A DNA stretch of 64,000 bases from an uncultured Candidatus Saccharibacteria bacterium (GCA_964493085.1 CAZBLV010000010.1:39537-103536), one strand, 5' to 3'; counted from the stretch's first letter, positions 26,065-35,838 are shown. Numbers and translations are program-made. Notes: generated by a model not told the origin, from the letters alone.

Positions 26065-27717
26065 CTATTCTTTGACAATCCCTGCGTCAGAAGAGACGCT
26101 CGGATCGTCGGGCAAAGTAGTGTCTATTTTAGAATCTGAATCTTCCACCCCTTTGTCTGTCCATTGGTCCTCGCCTGAAATTCTGGCCCTCCCTATAATA
26201 TCAGCCGCTTCTCCTGCCTGAGAAGAGCTTGGCCTTAAGGAAACCTGGAAAGAAACGCTGCGTTTCTCCCCTCTGTAAAAAGGAGAGCTGTTTCCAACAG
26301 ACCAAACCACTTCCCTGCTGGCTGAATCAAAAGTAATGTTCTCTTCTGCTTCTTCCGGATATATCTCTCCTGTCAGCTCTACATTCCGCGGAAGAACTGC
26401 TTTTACTTTTGCGTTCCTAACATCATTGTAATAGTTTTCTGCAGTCCATTTTACAGTATAGGTAGTTTCTTCCCCGGCTTCCGGCGGAACAGGCCCCGAG
26501 TTATCAAAAGCCCCTTCTGAATAATATCCCTGCTGAACAAGGCGCAGTTTAGTGTTAATTCTGGTTTTAAAATCTTGCGCTACTTTGCCAACCAAAACCG
26601 TAGTCTCAAGGGTGGGGTTTGCGGCTTCAGCTTTCTCGTCTTTTACTCTTACCCAGAATTCAGCCCTGCCCTCTTCTCCTTGATCAAGAAAGCGAAGCTC
26701 TTTGATGTCCTCTTCGTCCCAAATTATAGAACTGGCCTCTTCTCCAAATTGCCCAGAGTTTATTTTAACGCTGTCCAGATCAAAGAATTCCCCTCCTAAG
26801 CGAGCTACTAAAAACATATTTTGGAAAGGAGATTCCCCAATGTTTCTAAAAAATATTTCGTAATGGAGAAGTTCCCCTGGGTTTGCCGTATAATCTTTCT
26901 GGCCGTTTATTCTTTGAGAAACAAATAGGTGGGGCTCTGTTATTTCAACCCCTCTTGTAATTTCCTTAAGAAGAATAAACTCGTTATCGTTCCAAACGCC
27001 AAAGCCCACTCTAAACACCTTGTTGCTGTTAATCTCGCCGGTGAGCTTTCCTTGAACTTCTATTCGTCCCCCTTCTGCCTTGTTAAGAACAGGTATTTCC
27101 CACTCATTGTTCTCTATGCCGGAAGGCTTCCCGCCCAGAAACTCGAAGCCCGAAGGGTATTCTATTCTGACTCCCAAATCGGAAACAGGATAATCAAGAT
27201 TAGAAAAATAATTTAGATAAAAACTAAATTCTTTTCCTGCTTCCTGCTTTGAAGAAAGATCGAAATCAAGGCTTATGGGGAGAGAGTCGATTATAGTGGT
27301 AAGGCTGCTGTGGGACTCATAGCGGGCTTTAATATTTTTGGGTCTGTAGCTCAACCAAGCTTCAGCCTTTAAGGTTTCGTCTTCTTTTCCGAAAAGACGG
27401 GTTTTAAAAACAAAAGTTCTTTCCTGTCCAGGATAAATATCCCCTATTTCTTCAGCTTCTATCTGTTTTCTTCTTGGCCCCTCCCTTAAGGAAGCTCGGG
27501 GAAACTCGAAAATAAGGACAGGATCCTCCAGCCTAACATTTCCGTTATTCTTTAATTTGACCGTGTATTCCACCTCTTCAAAAGCCCCCACCTGTCTAGG
27601 GCCTAATATTTCCAATTTTAGAACCTCCTTAGAATAGGAGTTTTTCTGCCAGTACCAAAATCCGGCTACAGCCAAAACAAGACCGATGGCAACAATGATA
27701 AAAAATATTTTTTTCAT
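26065..27717 (-). CDS. Membrane-anchored cell-surface protein with about 4 DUF11/CARDB-like beta-sandwich repeats.
   Basis: N-terminal TM (IFFIIVAIGLVLAVAGFWYW). Repeats with the N-x-G-N/Y-T-V pattern: YTVKLKNNGNV, YEIFFRNIGESP, YTVKWTAEN. Confidence 0.45.
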   Translation of the reverse strand: MKKIFFIIVAIGLVLAVAGFWYWQKNSYSKEVLKLEILGPRQVGAFEEVEYTVKLKNNGNVRLEDPVLIFEFPRASLREGPRRKQIEAEEIGDIYPGQERTFVFKTRLFGKEDETLKAEAWLSYRPKNIKARYESHSSLTTIIDSLPISLDFDLSSKQEAGKEFSFYLNYFSNLDYPVSDLGVRIEYPSGFEFLGGKPSGIENNEWEIPVLNKAEGGRIEVQGKLTGEINSNKVFRVGFGVWNDNEFILLKEITRGVEITEPHLFVSQRINGQKDYTANPGELLHYEIFFRNIGESPFQNMFLVARLGGEFFDLDSVKINSGQFGEEASSIIWDEEDIKELRFLDQGEEGRAEFWVRVKDEKAEAANPTLETTVLVGKVAQDFKTRINTKLRLVQQGYYSEGAFDNSGPVPPEAGEETTYTVKWTAENYYNDVRNAKVKAVLPRNVELTGEIYPEEAEENITFDSASREVVWSVGNSSPFYRGEKRSVSFQVSLRPSSSQAGEAADIIGRARISGEDQWTDKGVEDSDSKIDTTLPDDPSVSSDAGIVKE

Positions 27718-27724
27718 AGTATGT

Positions 27725-28444
27725 TTAATATAGCAAATTATTGGAGTTTTTGAAATAAGAAAAATATTCTCTCAGCATTTTATCCAAATTTTCCTGATGC
27801 TCTTTTAGAATCTTAAATCTTTTTAACTCCTTAAGATTTTCTTTTGTAAAAAGCCGAAGCAGTTTAATCGTTTCTGTGCCAATCAAGCTCCCTTCTCCTT
27901 CTGAACATTCTTTGCAAACCACCCCTCCTTTTCCGCAATCAAAATACATCTCTTCAGAAATTAGCTTCTTCTGGCAGCAGACACATTTATAGAGGGAGGG
28001 ATGATATCCTAAGGCCTTAAAAAGGTTCCAGAAAAAATATTGAAACACCAAAAAAGGGAAAGTGCCCTTATCCAGGCCCTCAAAGGAATCTTTCATCAGC
28101 CGCCATATTTCCTCGTCTCTCTCTTCTTGGGGCGTTGAAATATCCAAAAGAGCGCACATACCAGCCAAAACCTTTAATTTCTCGAGAGATCCCTTTGCTC
28201 CCCTAAAACTCTCCAAAGACCCTATGTCAGTGAGCGTCTTGATTTTTTTCCCTTGAATAAACTCGATCTCCGAGAGGCCGAACAATCCTGCTCCGTATTT
28301 TAATTTCGAATGGATTTTTCTGATCCCTTTTCCCAAGACAATAACTTTTCCGAATGATTTTGTATAAACAGTTAAAACCTGGTCTGCCTCGCCCTGATCC
28401 CTTTTTTTTATTAAAAATCCCTTTGTTCTATAACGGATGCTCAT
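27725..28444 (-). CDS. recO: DNA repair protein RecO.
   Basis: N-terminal OB fold (GEADQVLTVYTKSFGKV) and C-terminal zinc motif CVCC...CKEC. Confidence 0.85.
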   Translation of the reverse strand: MSIRYRTKGFLIKKRDQGEADQVLTVYTKSFGKVIVLGKGIRKIHSKLKYGAGLFGLSEIEFIQGKKIKTLTDIGSLESFRGAKGSLEKLKVLAGMCALLDISTPQEERDEEIWRLMKDSFEGLDKGTFPFLVFQYFFWNLFKALGYHPSLYKCVCCQKKLISEEMYFDCGKGGVVCKECSEGEGSLIGTETIKLLRLFTKENLKELKRFKILKEHQENLDKMLREYFSYFKNSNNLLY

Positions 28445-28454
28445 CTGAATAAAG

Positions 28455-28739
28455 CTACATCTGGTTTTCTAAATATCTTATCTTTTGGTCTATCTCCTCT
28501 GCCTCCTCTCTGGTTTCAGCATCCCTTTTCTGCCTTTCTAGGTCGCGAATGGCAGATTTAAAATCTTCTTTGGATATCTGGTCCCCGTACTTGCTGCTAA
28601 AAGTTTCCCGAGACAGTTTTTCTCTTTCTTTTCCATAAAACCTTTTTCCCCCGGTTTCAGGAATTATTCCTTTGTCTCTTTTAAGCTTTTCTGCCAGTTC
28701 TTCCCTGGATAGAGATTTTTCTTCGTCAAAAAGACCCAT
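28455..28739 (-). CDS. Hypothetical small charged protein (94 aa).
   Basis: ORF only; K/E/R-rich with no recognisable motif. Confidence 0.3.
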   Translation of the reverse strand: MGLFDEEKSLSREELAEKLKRDKGIIPETGGKRFYGKEREKLSRETFSSKYGDQISKEDFKSAIRDLERQKRDAETREEAEEIDQKIRYLENQM

Positions 28740-28740
28740 A

Positions 28741-31575
28741 TTATTTTTTAATGCCGATCTGATGCTTCTCCCCTTCTACTTTTATTTCTTTAACAGCATC
28801 CGCCTTTTCTAAATCAGAAGGAGCTGAAGCTCTTTTGTAATCTTTAGCTCCTGCCTCTTCCAAAAAACGGATGTCTTTTTCAAGGGGAAAAGTGGAAATA
28901 ATAGTTTCGACTTTTATTTCGGGAGTCAAGCCAAGCTCTTTTCTTAACGCCCTGATATTTCTTATTAATTCTCTTTTTCTTCCCTCTTCTGCCAACTCCG
29001 GAGTAATTTCAGTATTTAAAACCAGATCTGCTTTTATTTTATCATCAAAGGCGACTTCTTTTACATTAACTTCTTGTTTAAGCAATTCTATCAATCCCTG
29101 ATCTTCTATTCTCTTGTCTTTAACAATAAGAGAAGACAAGGGCTGCCTTACTTTTATTCCTTTTTCCGCTCTTAAAGAGAGCGCCTTGCCGGCAATATCT
29201 CTTACCAGATTCATTTTCTCCTCTAGCTCCTTGTCTGTTTTTTCTTTGTTAAAAACAGGCCAATCTTTTAAGTGGACGGATTCGGGATCGTTGTCTTTTT
29301 TTATCCTTTGGTAAAGCTCTTCTGCAAAAAAAGGAGTAATAGGAGCCATCAGGCAGACCAACATGGAAAGGAGATAATGCATGGTAGAGACGGCTTCTTT
29401 TCTTTGCTCTTCCTTGGAATGAAATCTTGACCTCGACCTTCTTAGATACCAAAGAGACAAGTCTTCTACGAAAAATTCTTCTAAATATCGGGATGCTGAA
29501 AAAACATCGTAGTTTTTCATCTTTTTTTCCACGTTATTAATAAGGTTTTCCGTTCGGGAGATTATCCATTTGTCTAAAATGTTTTCGCTTTCTGTCCATT
29601 CTTCTGCAATCTCTGATTTATCCACATATGTTTCAAAGAAAGAAAAGATGTTATACAAAGTCAGCAGTCTTTTTTTAACCTCCTCTGCTCCCTTGTACCC
29701 GAACCTTAGATTATTGGATGGGTTCTGTCTTGCGTACATCCATCTCATGGGATCTGCTCCAATATCTGAAACCGCTTCGTCAAACCAGATGGCGTTTCCC
29801 TTGGATTTATGCATTTCTTCTCCCCTTTCGTCCCTTACAGAAGCATATCCGAATATTGTTTTAACAGGATTTGTGCTTTCTAAAACCTGGCTCATAACTA
29901 TTATGGCGTAAAACCAGTTCTTAAACTGGCCTGGGAAAGACTCGCAAATTAAATCGGCTGGAAACCACTTTTTCCAGTAGCTTTTATCAGAATAATATCC
30001 TGTAGTGGAAAACGGAACGATACCGGCATCAAGCCAGGGGTTTCCCACGTCAGGTATTCTGGACACCCTTTCTCCGCATTTTGAACATTCAATCTCGATT
30101 TTGTCCACCCATGGCCTATGAGGAGTGTGCCCCTCAAACTCTTCCCAGCCAGAGACTGCCCTTTGCCTCAACTCCTCTTTTGATCCCATTACTTCTATGT
30201 TGCCGCATTTCGGACATTGGAAAATGGGAAGAGCTAAGCCCCAATATCTTTTTTTGGAAATAAGCCAGTCTTCCATGTTTTTCAGCCAGTCCAGTTCTCT
30301 GTCTAAGCCGAAAGAGGGAATCCAGCCTATTTTTTTGGCAGATTCCATCAAGGGTTTTCTTAGTTTCTCCATTGAAATATACCATTCGTCAACCAATCGA
30401 AATATCAGCTCCTCCTTGCATCTCCAGCAAGTAGGGTATCTGTGGACATAATCTTCTATCTTAAAAACAAAACCCTTTTCCTTTAAATCCTTAAAAATAA
30501 GGCCGCGGGCTTCAGTAACCAGTTTTCCAGTTAAAAAACCGAATCCTTCCTTGTACCTGCTTTCCTGGTCTGTGGGATCAATAACAGGCAAGTCTTTTTC
30601 TTTGCTTAACTGAAAGTCTTCTTTGCCGCATCCCGGGGCAATATGGACTATCCCTGTGCCCTCTTCTTCTGAAACGTCCTCCCAAAGAACCATTTTATGG
30701 TCTTTGACTTTTTCTTTAACCTGTTCAAACTCGTCATAGATTCCTTGGTACTCTGTTCCTTCAAGGTCTTCCCCAAGAAATGTTCTTTTGACTTCGCCTT
30801 GGACAAGCTCTTTTTTGCTTTCTAAAACAATGAAGGTTTCTGATTCTTTTTCTATCTCTGTATATTTTAGTTTTGGATTGGCTGCCAAAGAAACATTAGC
30901 AGGAAGAGTCCAAGGAGTAGTAGTCCAAACCAAAAAATATTTGTTCTTTTCTCTCAATAAGGGAATTTTTAAGAAAACTGCCTTGTGGGTTATTTCTTTG
31001 TATTCTTCCGTTAAAATCTCATGCTGAGAAATAGCTGTGCCACATCTGGGACACCAGGGAACCACGTCTCTTCCTTTGTATAAAAGACCCAGCTCTAGGC
31101 ATTTTTTAAGAAAATTCCAGATAGCATAATTATTTTCTTCTGACATGGTGAAATAAGAGTTTTCCCAATCCATCCACTGGCCCAGTCTCTTGGACTGCTC
31201 TGTTTGAATCTTGGAATATTTCCTTACTCTTTCTTTGCATTTTTCCACAAATTTCCCTATGCCGTACTCTTCAATATCTTTTTTATTCTTAAAGCCCAAT
31301 TCTTTTTCCACCTCCACTTCCACCCAAAGTCCCTGGCAGTCAAATCCGTTCTGATATCTCTGCTCATGCCCCTTCATGGCCTTGTACCTCTGGAACAGAT
31401 CCTTATAGGTTCTTCCCCAGGCATGGTGAACACCCATAGGGTTGTTGGCGGTTATGGGGCCGTCCAAAAAAGACCAGGGCTCTTTTCCTTGGTTTTTCTT
31501 CCTTAATTTCTGGAATATCCTGTTTTTCTCCCAGAATTTGAGTATTTTTTCTTCTGTTTTTGGAAAATCAAACAT
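28741..31575 (-). CDS. ileS: Isoleucyl-tRNA synthetase.
   Basis: PITANNPMGVHHAWGRT (HIGH), CP1 editing domain, KMSKSKGN. The track TTG start at 31734 was trimmed to the ATG at 31573-31575 (MFDFPKTEEK). Confidence 0.95.
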   Translation of the reverse strand: MFDFPKTEEKILKFWEKNRIFQKLRKKNQGKEPWSFLDGPITANNPMGVHHAWGRTYKDLFQRYKAMKGHEQRYQNGFDCQGLWVEVEVEKELGFKNKKDIEEYGIGKFVEKCKERVRKYSKIQTEQSKRLGQWMDWENSYFTMSEENNYAIWNFLKKCLELGLLYKGRDVVPWCPRCGTAISQHEILTEEYKEITHKAVFLKIPLLREKNKYFLVWTTTPWTLPANVSLAANPKLKYTEIEKESETFIVLESKKELVQGEVKRTFLGEDLEGTEYQGIYDEFEQVKEKVKDHKMVLWEDVSEEEGTGIVHIAPGCGKEDFQLSKEKDLPVIDPTDQESRYKEGFGFLTGKLVTEARGLIFKDLKEKGFVFKIEDYVHRYPTCWRCKEELIFRLVDEWYISMEKLRKPLMESAKKIGWIPSFGLDRELDWLKNMEDWLISKKRYWGLALPIFQCPKCGNIEVMGSKEELRQRAVSGWEEFEGHTPHRPWVDKIEIECSKCGERVSRIPDVGNPWLDAGIVPFSTTGYYSDKSYWKKWFPADLICESFPGQFKNWFYAIIVMSQVLESTNPVKTIFGYASVRDERGEEMHKSKGNAIWFDEAVSDIGADPMRWMYARQNPSNNLRFGYKGAEEVKKRLLTLYNIFSFFETYVDKSEIAEEWTESENILDKWIISRTENLINNVEKKMKNYDVFSASRYLEEFFVEDLSLWYLRRSRSRFHSKEEQRKEAVSTMHYLLSMLVCLMAPITPFFAEELYQRIKKDNDPESVHLKDWPVFNKEKTDKELEEKMNLVRDIAGKALSLRAEKGIKVRQPLSSLIVKDKRIEDQGLIELLKQEVNVKEVAFDDKIKADLVLNTEITPELAEEGRKRELIRNIRALRKELGLTPEIKVETIISTFPLEKDIRFLEEAGAKDYKRASAPSDLEKADAVKEIKVEGEKHQIGIKK

Positions 31576-31627
31576 AGAATTATAGGTTATCTTACCAGAA
31601 AAAACCGCTTTTCTCAACCGCAATTCC

Positions 31628-31664
31628 AAAAAAGAAAACCCTGTGTTGCTTAGCACAGGGTTTT
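31628..31664 (-). terminator. Terminator of the upstream high-GC gene, located about 45 nt before the ileS ATG.
   Basis: Minus strand cccugug-cuaagcaa-cacaggg then uuuucuuuuuu; a TTGAGA-N14-TGgTAAGAT promoter follows. Confidence 0.6.
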
Positions 31665-31679
31665 TGTTAAAAGCCGAAG

Positions 31680-32273
31680 CTACTCGCGGACTGCCGCGAA
31701 TCGGCAGGATTCGGGAAAAGCTCCCCCGAACCAAACAACATTCAGTCTCCTGTCAATAATTGGCACAAACAAGTAAGGATTGCGCCAAGCAGAACCCAGG
31801 GCGACAACAGAAAACTTCGTTTGAAGTTCGGGATGGTCTTTGGCAAGAGCAAGAATCTCCGGCAGGGTTGCAGGCCTGTAGCCTGCCTTTTTTATCTCCT
31901 GCAAAGACTTGTCGCCGCTCACAAAGCCCATAAAGCGGAAAAGTTCTATTTCCAAATCCCGCTTTCCTGACCCTAAGACAGGGAAATTTTTTGAAGAAAT
32001 ATCAGAGTTCACCCCTCCCTCAAAATTGCATGACTCAATCATCTGTTCCAGCGTCTGATTGTAGTCTACTGTAATTTTGAAGCGCGGACGGGCATCTCTT
32101 GCGATAATTTCAGCGATCTGATCGAGAATCTTTTCTCCTTCCGGAGTTGCCAAACGGTGGATGTCTTCATCGCTGCCGCCCATTTCATGGACTCTATTGG
32201 CAAGACTGATAAAAACGCCCGCCACCCATCCGGCGCCGGCGATAATGGCCGACGCCTTTGCTTTGCTTGACAT
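31680..32273 (-). CDS. Hypothetical protein (about 197 aa); compositionally atypical at about 48% GC and SD-led.
   Basis: SD aaaaggaga 6 nt before the ATG (MSSKAKASAIIAGAGWVAG...). No recognisable domain. The track TTG start is at 32306. Confidence 0.4.
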   Translation of the reverse strand: MSSKAKASAIIAGAGWVAGVFISLANRVHEMGGSDEDIHRLATPEGEKILDQIAEIIARDARPRFKITVDYNQTLEQMIESCNFEGGVNSDISSKNFPVLGSGKRDLEIELFRFMGFVSGDKSLQEIKKAGYRPATLPEILALAKDHPELQTKFSVVALGSAWRNPYLFVPIIDRRLNVVWFGGAFPESCRFAAVRE

Positions 32274-32379
32274 CTCTGGTCTCCTTTTCTCAAGGCCTGT
32301 TCCCAATTCCGCTACAAGCGGAGCCTCAAACAGGCCCTTAAAGGTACTGGCTGAATTCTGCTGTATTTCTATAGATTTG

Positions 32380-32970
32380 TCAATTGTTTATCTCTCTTAG
32401 CTCTCCTGTTTTCATTCTTTGACCCCCTTTCATTTTGCCTGCTATTTCTCTTAAAGAGGCGATTCCTTGAGTGCTAATGCCTTTGGCTACAGCTTCTATT
32501 AAGGCCAAAGGGGTCTGGTGGCTGATTATCAAAATGTTTTTTCCTGAAAATTTATCTTCTATTTCATAAAAGAAATCAGCTACCCTTTCTTTGACCTGCT
32601 GATAATTTTCACCGCCCAATGGGGCAACCTCGAACTTGCTGTCCCCTTTCTTGAAAATCTTTCTCCATTCAGCTGAAGGCTTGCCGTTTAAATCTCCTGC
32701 GTCATATTCTCTTATCCTCTTTTCATAATCAACCTCTGTTCCTGTCTCTTCGGAAACAATCTCTGCTGTTTGCTTTGTCCGCAAAAGATCTGAAGAAAAG
32801 ATAAAATCTATATCCTTATCCTTTAATTCTTGAGCTGCTTTTTTGATATCCTGCTCTCCCTTTGGAGTTAGGGGAAAGCGGCCTTGTTCGGGCCAAGAAG
32901 AAATCACTTCTTTTACGTTAGAAAACGATTCTCCGTGTCTTAATAAAAAGTATTTGTTTTTTAATCTCAT
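32380..32970 (-). CDS. Histidine phosphatase superfamily (phosphoglycerate mutase-like) protein.
   Basis: LLRHGESFSN catalytic RHG motif; about 196 aa. Confidence 0.75.
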   Translation of the reverse strand: MRLKNKYFLLRHGESFSNVKEVISSWPEQGRFPLTPKGEQDIKKAAQELKDKDIDFIFSSDLLRTKQTAEIVSEETGTEVDYEKRIREYDAGDLNGKPSAEWRKIFKKGDSKFEVAPLGGENYQQVKERVADFFYEIEDKFSGKNILIISHQTPLALIEAVAKGISTQGIASLREIAGKMKGGQRMKTGELREINN

Positions 32971-32972
32971 AG

Positions 32973-34481
32973 CTACATTTTCTCGGGAACGGATATTCCC
33001 ATCACCCCCAAAGCTTCAGCTAAAGCATACTTGGTGACAGAAATCAGGCAAAGCCGGGCTTTTGTTATTTCTTTATCTTTTCCTATAACCTGATGTTTTT
33101 CATAAAATTTATGGAAAATATCTGCCAGATCTCGGGCATATTGGGTCAGTCTCTGAACTTGGTAATCGCAAGCAGTGTCTCCTATAATCTCAGGAAATCT
33201 TATTATCTTTTTGATAAGATCTAACTCTTCTTCTTTTTTCAACAAAGAAAAATTAGCTTTTTTAAAAGAAAAGTCCGCTTTCTTTAAAATGCTGGATATT
33301 CTGGCATGGGCGTACTGAACATAATAAACAGGATTTTTCTCTGATCTTTCTTTTGCCAATTCCAAGTCAAAGTTTAAGTGGCTTCCAGGGCTTCTCATTA
33401 AAAAGAAGAATCTGGCGACGTCCAGCCCAACCTCGTCGATTAACTCGTCTATCGTGACATAGGTTCCTGCCCTCTTTGACATTTTCACCTCTTTTCCTTT
33501 TCTCAAAAGCCTTACCATTTGCATGACAATAAAATGAATATCTTCTTTGCTGTATCCTAATGCTTCTGAAGCTGCCTCCATTCTCCTTATATACCCTGCG
33601 TGGTCTGCGCCCAAAAAGAAGATTAGTTTGTCAAAACCCCTTTCAAGCTTGTTTTTTAAATAGGCGATATCTGAAGCAAAATAGGTTTTCTCGCCGTCCT
33701 TTTTTATCAAAACTCTGTCTTTGTCGTCCCCGAACTTTTTGGCGTTAAACCATAAAGCTCCCTCTTTTTTGTAAGCCAATCCCTTTTTCTTCAAAAAATC
33801 CAATACCTTTCCGGAATCAAGGCTTTTTTCTGAAAACCAAACATCAAAATTAATGCCCATCTTGGCAACAGTGGGCTTAATCATTTTTTCCAAGATTTCC
33901 TTTGACGCCCTTTGGCCCACTTTTTCAGGATCTTCTCCTTTTATTTTCAGTTTTTTGATGTACTCTCCCTTATAAGCCGCCTCCGAGTCCCCTATCACGG
34001 AATGCCCTAATTTGCTTATTTGCCCTCCGACATCATTGACATAATACTCTCTAACTACCTTGCATCCCGCCTTTTCTAAAACATTGGCCAAAACATCGCC
34101 GCAGAATCCGCCTCTTCCGTTTCCCAAAGTAAGGGGGCCTGTGGGATTAGCTGAAATGAATTCAACATTCACTTTTTCCTTCAATTTAGGAAATTCAAAT
34201 CCCTTTTTAAAAACTCTTTCTACTTTTTCCTGCAAAAAATCGGAAGACAGGAAGAAATTGATAAAACCCGGCCTGACCACTTCTATCTTCCTCAGAAAGC
34301 CGGGCTGGCCCATTTTCTCTTTTAGCTCTCGGGCGAATTTAAGAGGCGCTTCCTTTCCCATCATTAAAGCAATATTGGAAGAATAGTCCCCGTGAGATTC
34401 TTGGATCGGGGTTTCTATGACAATATCTGCTTTTTTGCCAAGAGATGCCTGGATTAATTTCTTTAATTCTTGCTTTATCAT
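32973..34481 (-). CDS. argS: Arginyl-tRNA synthetase.
   Basis: N-terminal Add-1 domain, class I core (SANPTGPLTLGNGRGG), and C-terminal DALR anticodon-binding domain. Confidence 0.9.
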   Translation of the reverse strand: MIKQELKKLIQASLGKKADIVIETPIQESHGDYSSNIALMMGKEAPLKFARELKEKMGQPGFLRKIEVVRPGFINFFLSSDFLQEKVERVFKKGFEFPKLKEKVNVEFISANPTGPLTLGNGRGGFCGDVLANVLEKAGCKVVREYYVNDVGGQISKLGHSVIGDSEAAYKGEYIKKLKIKGEDPEKVGQRASKEILEKMIKPTVAKMGINFDVWFSEKSLDSGKVLDFLKKKGLAYKKEGALWFNAKKFGDDKDRVLIKKDGEKTYFASDIAYLKNKLERGFDKLIFFLGADHAGYIRRMEAASEALGYSKEDIHFIVMQMVRLLRKGKEVKMSKRAGTYVTIDELIDEVGLDVARFFFLMRSPGSHLNFDLELAKERSEKNPVYYVQYAHARISSILKKADFSFKKANFSLLKKEEELDLIKKIIRFPEIIGDTACDYQVQRLTQYARDLADIFHKFYEKHQVIGKDKEITKARLCLISVTKYALAEALGVMGISVPEKM

Positions 34482-34525
34482 TGTTTTCAGTTTATCCTAA
34501 TTTCTGATAAAATAAAAGCAGATAT

Positions 34526-34972
34526 ATGAAAAAGCTAGCTGAAAACAAAAAGGCTTATCACGAATATGAGATCCTGGAAAAATATGAAGCAGGAATAGTT
34601 TTGAACGGCCAAGAGGTTAAGTCAATAAGATCTGGCAGAATGAGCCTAAAGGGCTCTTATGTTGTCTTGAAAAACGAGGAGCTTTACTTGCTCGGAGCAA
34701 CTATCCCCCCTTATCAGCCCCTAAACGCTCCTGCTGATTATAATCCGGAAAGATCAAGAAAACTCTTATTGAGGAAAAGCGAAATCAGCCGCCTTATAGG
34801 AAAGTCAAAAGAAAAGGGCTTGACTCTTATACCCTTGCAAATTTATACTAAAAATACTAGAATAAAGCTCATGTTCGCAGTGGCCAGAGGAAAGAAAAAG
34901 CAAGACAAGAGAGAAATTATCAAGAAAAGAGAAGCGGAAAGAGAAATGAGAAGGGAAATAAAAAGAAGATAG
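34526..34972 (+). CDS. smpB: SsrA-binding protein.
   Basis: KKAYHEYEILEKYEAGIVLNGQEVKSIRSG...; the C-terminal basic tail matches SmpB. Confidence 0.9.
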   Translation: MKKLAENKKAYHEYEILEKYEAGIVLNGQEVKSIRSGRMSLKGSYVVLKNEELYLLGATIPPYQPLNAPADYNPERSRKLLLRKSEISRLIGKSKEKGLTLIPLQIYTKNTRIKLMFAVARGKKKQDKREIIKKREAEREMRREIKRR

Positions 34973-35316
34973 GGGGATGAATGCTTCGACAGAAGTTATT
35001 TTTAAAACAGGGCAAGCCGAGTTCCCAAGCTCGTTAAAAATGGGAGTTTAAAGATAACTGCCAAGTTATTTAACAAACAACCCGCGTTAGCATACGCATA
35101 ACGCCATCCTTTCTGCTGACTCTCGATAGGCAGAAAAGGGTGTCATATCATCGAGATAGGCAGCGGCCTTCCTCAAGCTGCTGCTAAACCCAAAGAGGAT
35201 AAGATGCCAGAGCTTTTGCCTGCTCTTCATCTGGCATTCTGAAAAATCAAGCAGGCTAAGCTTGTAGAACTGTTTTAATAAAACTTTTGGACGGGAGTCC
35301 AACCTCCCCATCTCCA
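34973..35316 (+). ncRNA. ssrA: tmRNA (ssrA) immediately downstream of smpB.
   Basis: 5' GGGGAUGAAUGCUUCGACAG, compared with the bacterial consensus GGGGCUGAUUCUGGAUUCGACGGG. 3' GGACGGGAGUCCAACCUCCCCAUCUCCA has T-arm-like and acceptor pairing with the 5' end (G-C, G-C, G.U, G-C, A-U, U-A). Candidate tag ORF 35060-35101 encodes AKLFNKQPALAYA followed by a stop. Confidence 0.6.
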
Positions 35317-35332
35317 CAACAATAAAGCAAAT

Positions 35333-35836
35333 TTGAAAAAACCTTTATCAAACAATAGAATAAGAGCAAAAGAGGTCCGGCTAATAGACGAAAACGGAAA
35401 CCAAATGGGCGTTGTCTCTTTAGCTAAAGCCCTGGAAACATCAAAAGAGAAGAACCTCGACCTTATTCAGGTAACAGACAAAGTTGATCCCCCCGTATGC
35501 AAGCTAGGGGACTACGGAAAGCATCTATACCGCTTAAAAAAGAAAGAAAATGCCAGCAAGCAGAGAAAAAGCGAAACTAAAGGAATAAGGCTCTCTTTTA
35601 AAATATCAGAACATGATATGCAGACTCGAGTAAGGCAAGCAGAAAAATTCCTTAAGAAAGGAGATAAGATAAAAATAGAGCTTAGATTAAGAGGGCGGGA
35701 GAAAGCCCACCAAGACGTAGCCAGAGAGAAAATCAAAAAATTTGTTGAAGAGTTAAACAGCTTAATCCCCGTTAAAATGGAAAGAGAAATTAAGAAAGAG
35801 CCCCGGGGCTTAATAACCATTATTTCTAAAGAATAG
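35333..35836 (+). CDS. infC: Translation initiation factor IF-3.
   Basis: IRAKEVRLIDENGNQMGVVSLAKAL...DLIQV...PPVCKL, with a C-terminal domain. Confidence 0.9.
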   Translation: MKKPLSNNRIRAKEVRLIDENGNQMGVVSLAKALETSKEKNLDLIQVTDKVDPPVCKLGDYGKHLYRLKKKENASKQRKSETKGIRLSFKISEHDMQTRVRQAEKFLKKGDKIKIELRLRGREKAHQDVAREKIKKFVEELNSLIPVKMEREIKKEPRGLITIISKE

Positions 35837-35838
35837 CC

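Noticed and set aside
31576-31734. T-box riboswitch leaders for ileS and glyQS, suggested by hairpin terminators about 25-45 nt upstream of both start codons.
   Set aside because: No T-box consensus (AAUUAGGGUGGNACCGCG), no specifier-loop or antiterminator arrangement, and the terminator 5' arm does not overlap a T-box-like sequence. The hairpins are adequately explained as terminators of the upstream same-strand genes, each followed by a short promoter and leaderless mRNA.
35087-35317. Minus-strand 76-aa ORF downstream of smpB.
   Set aside because: It is fully contained in, and antisense to, the tmRNA.
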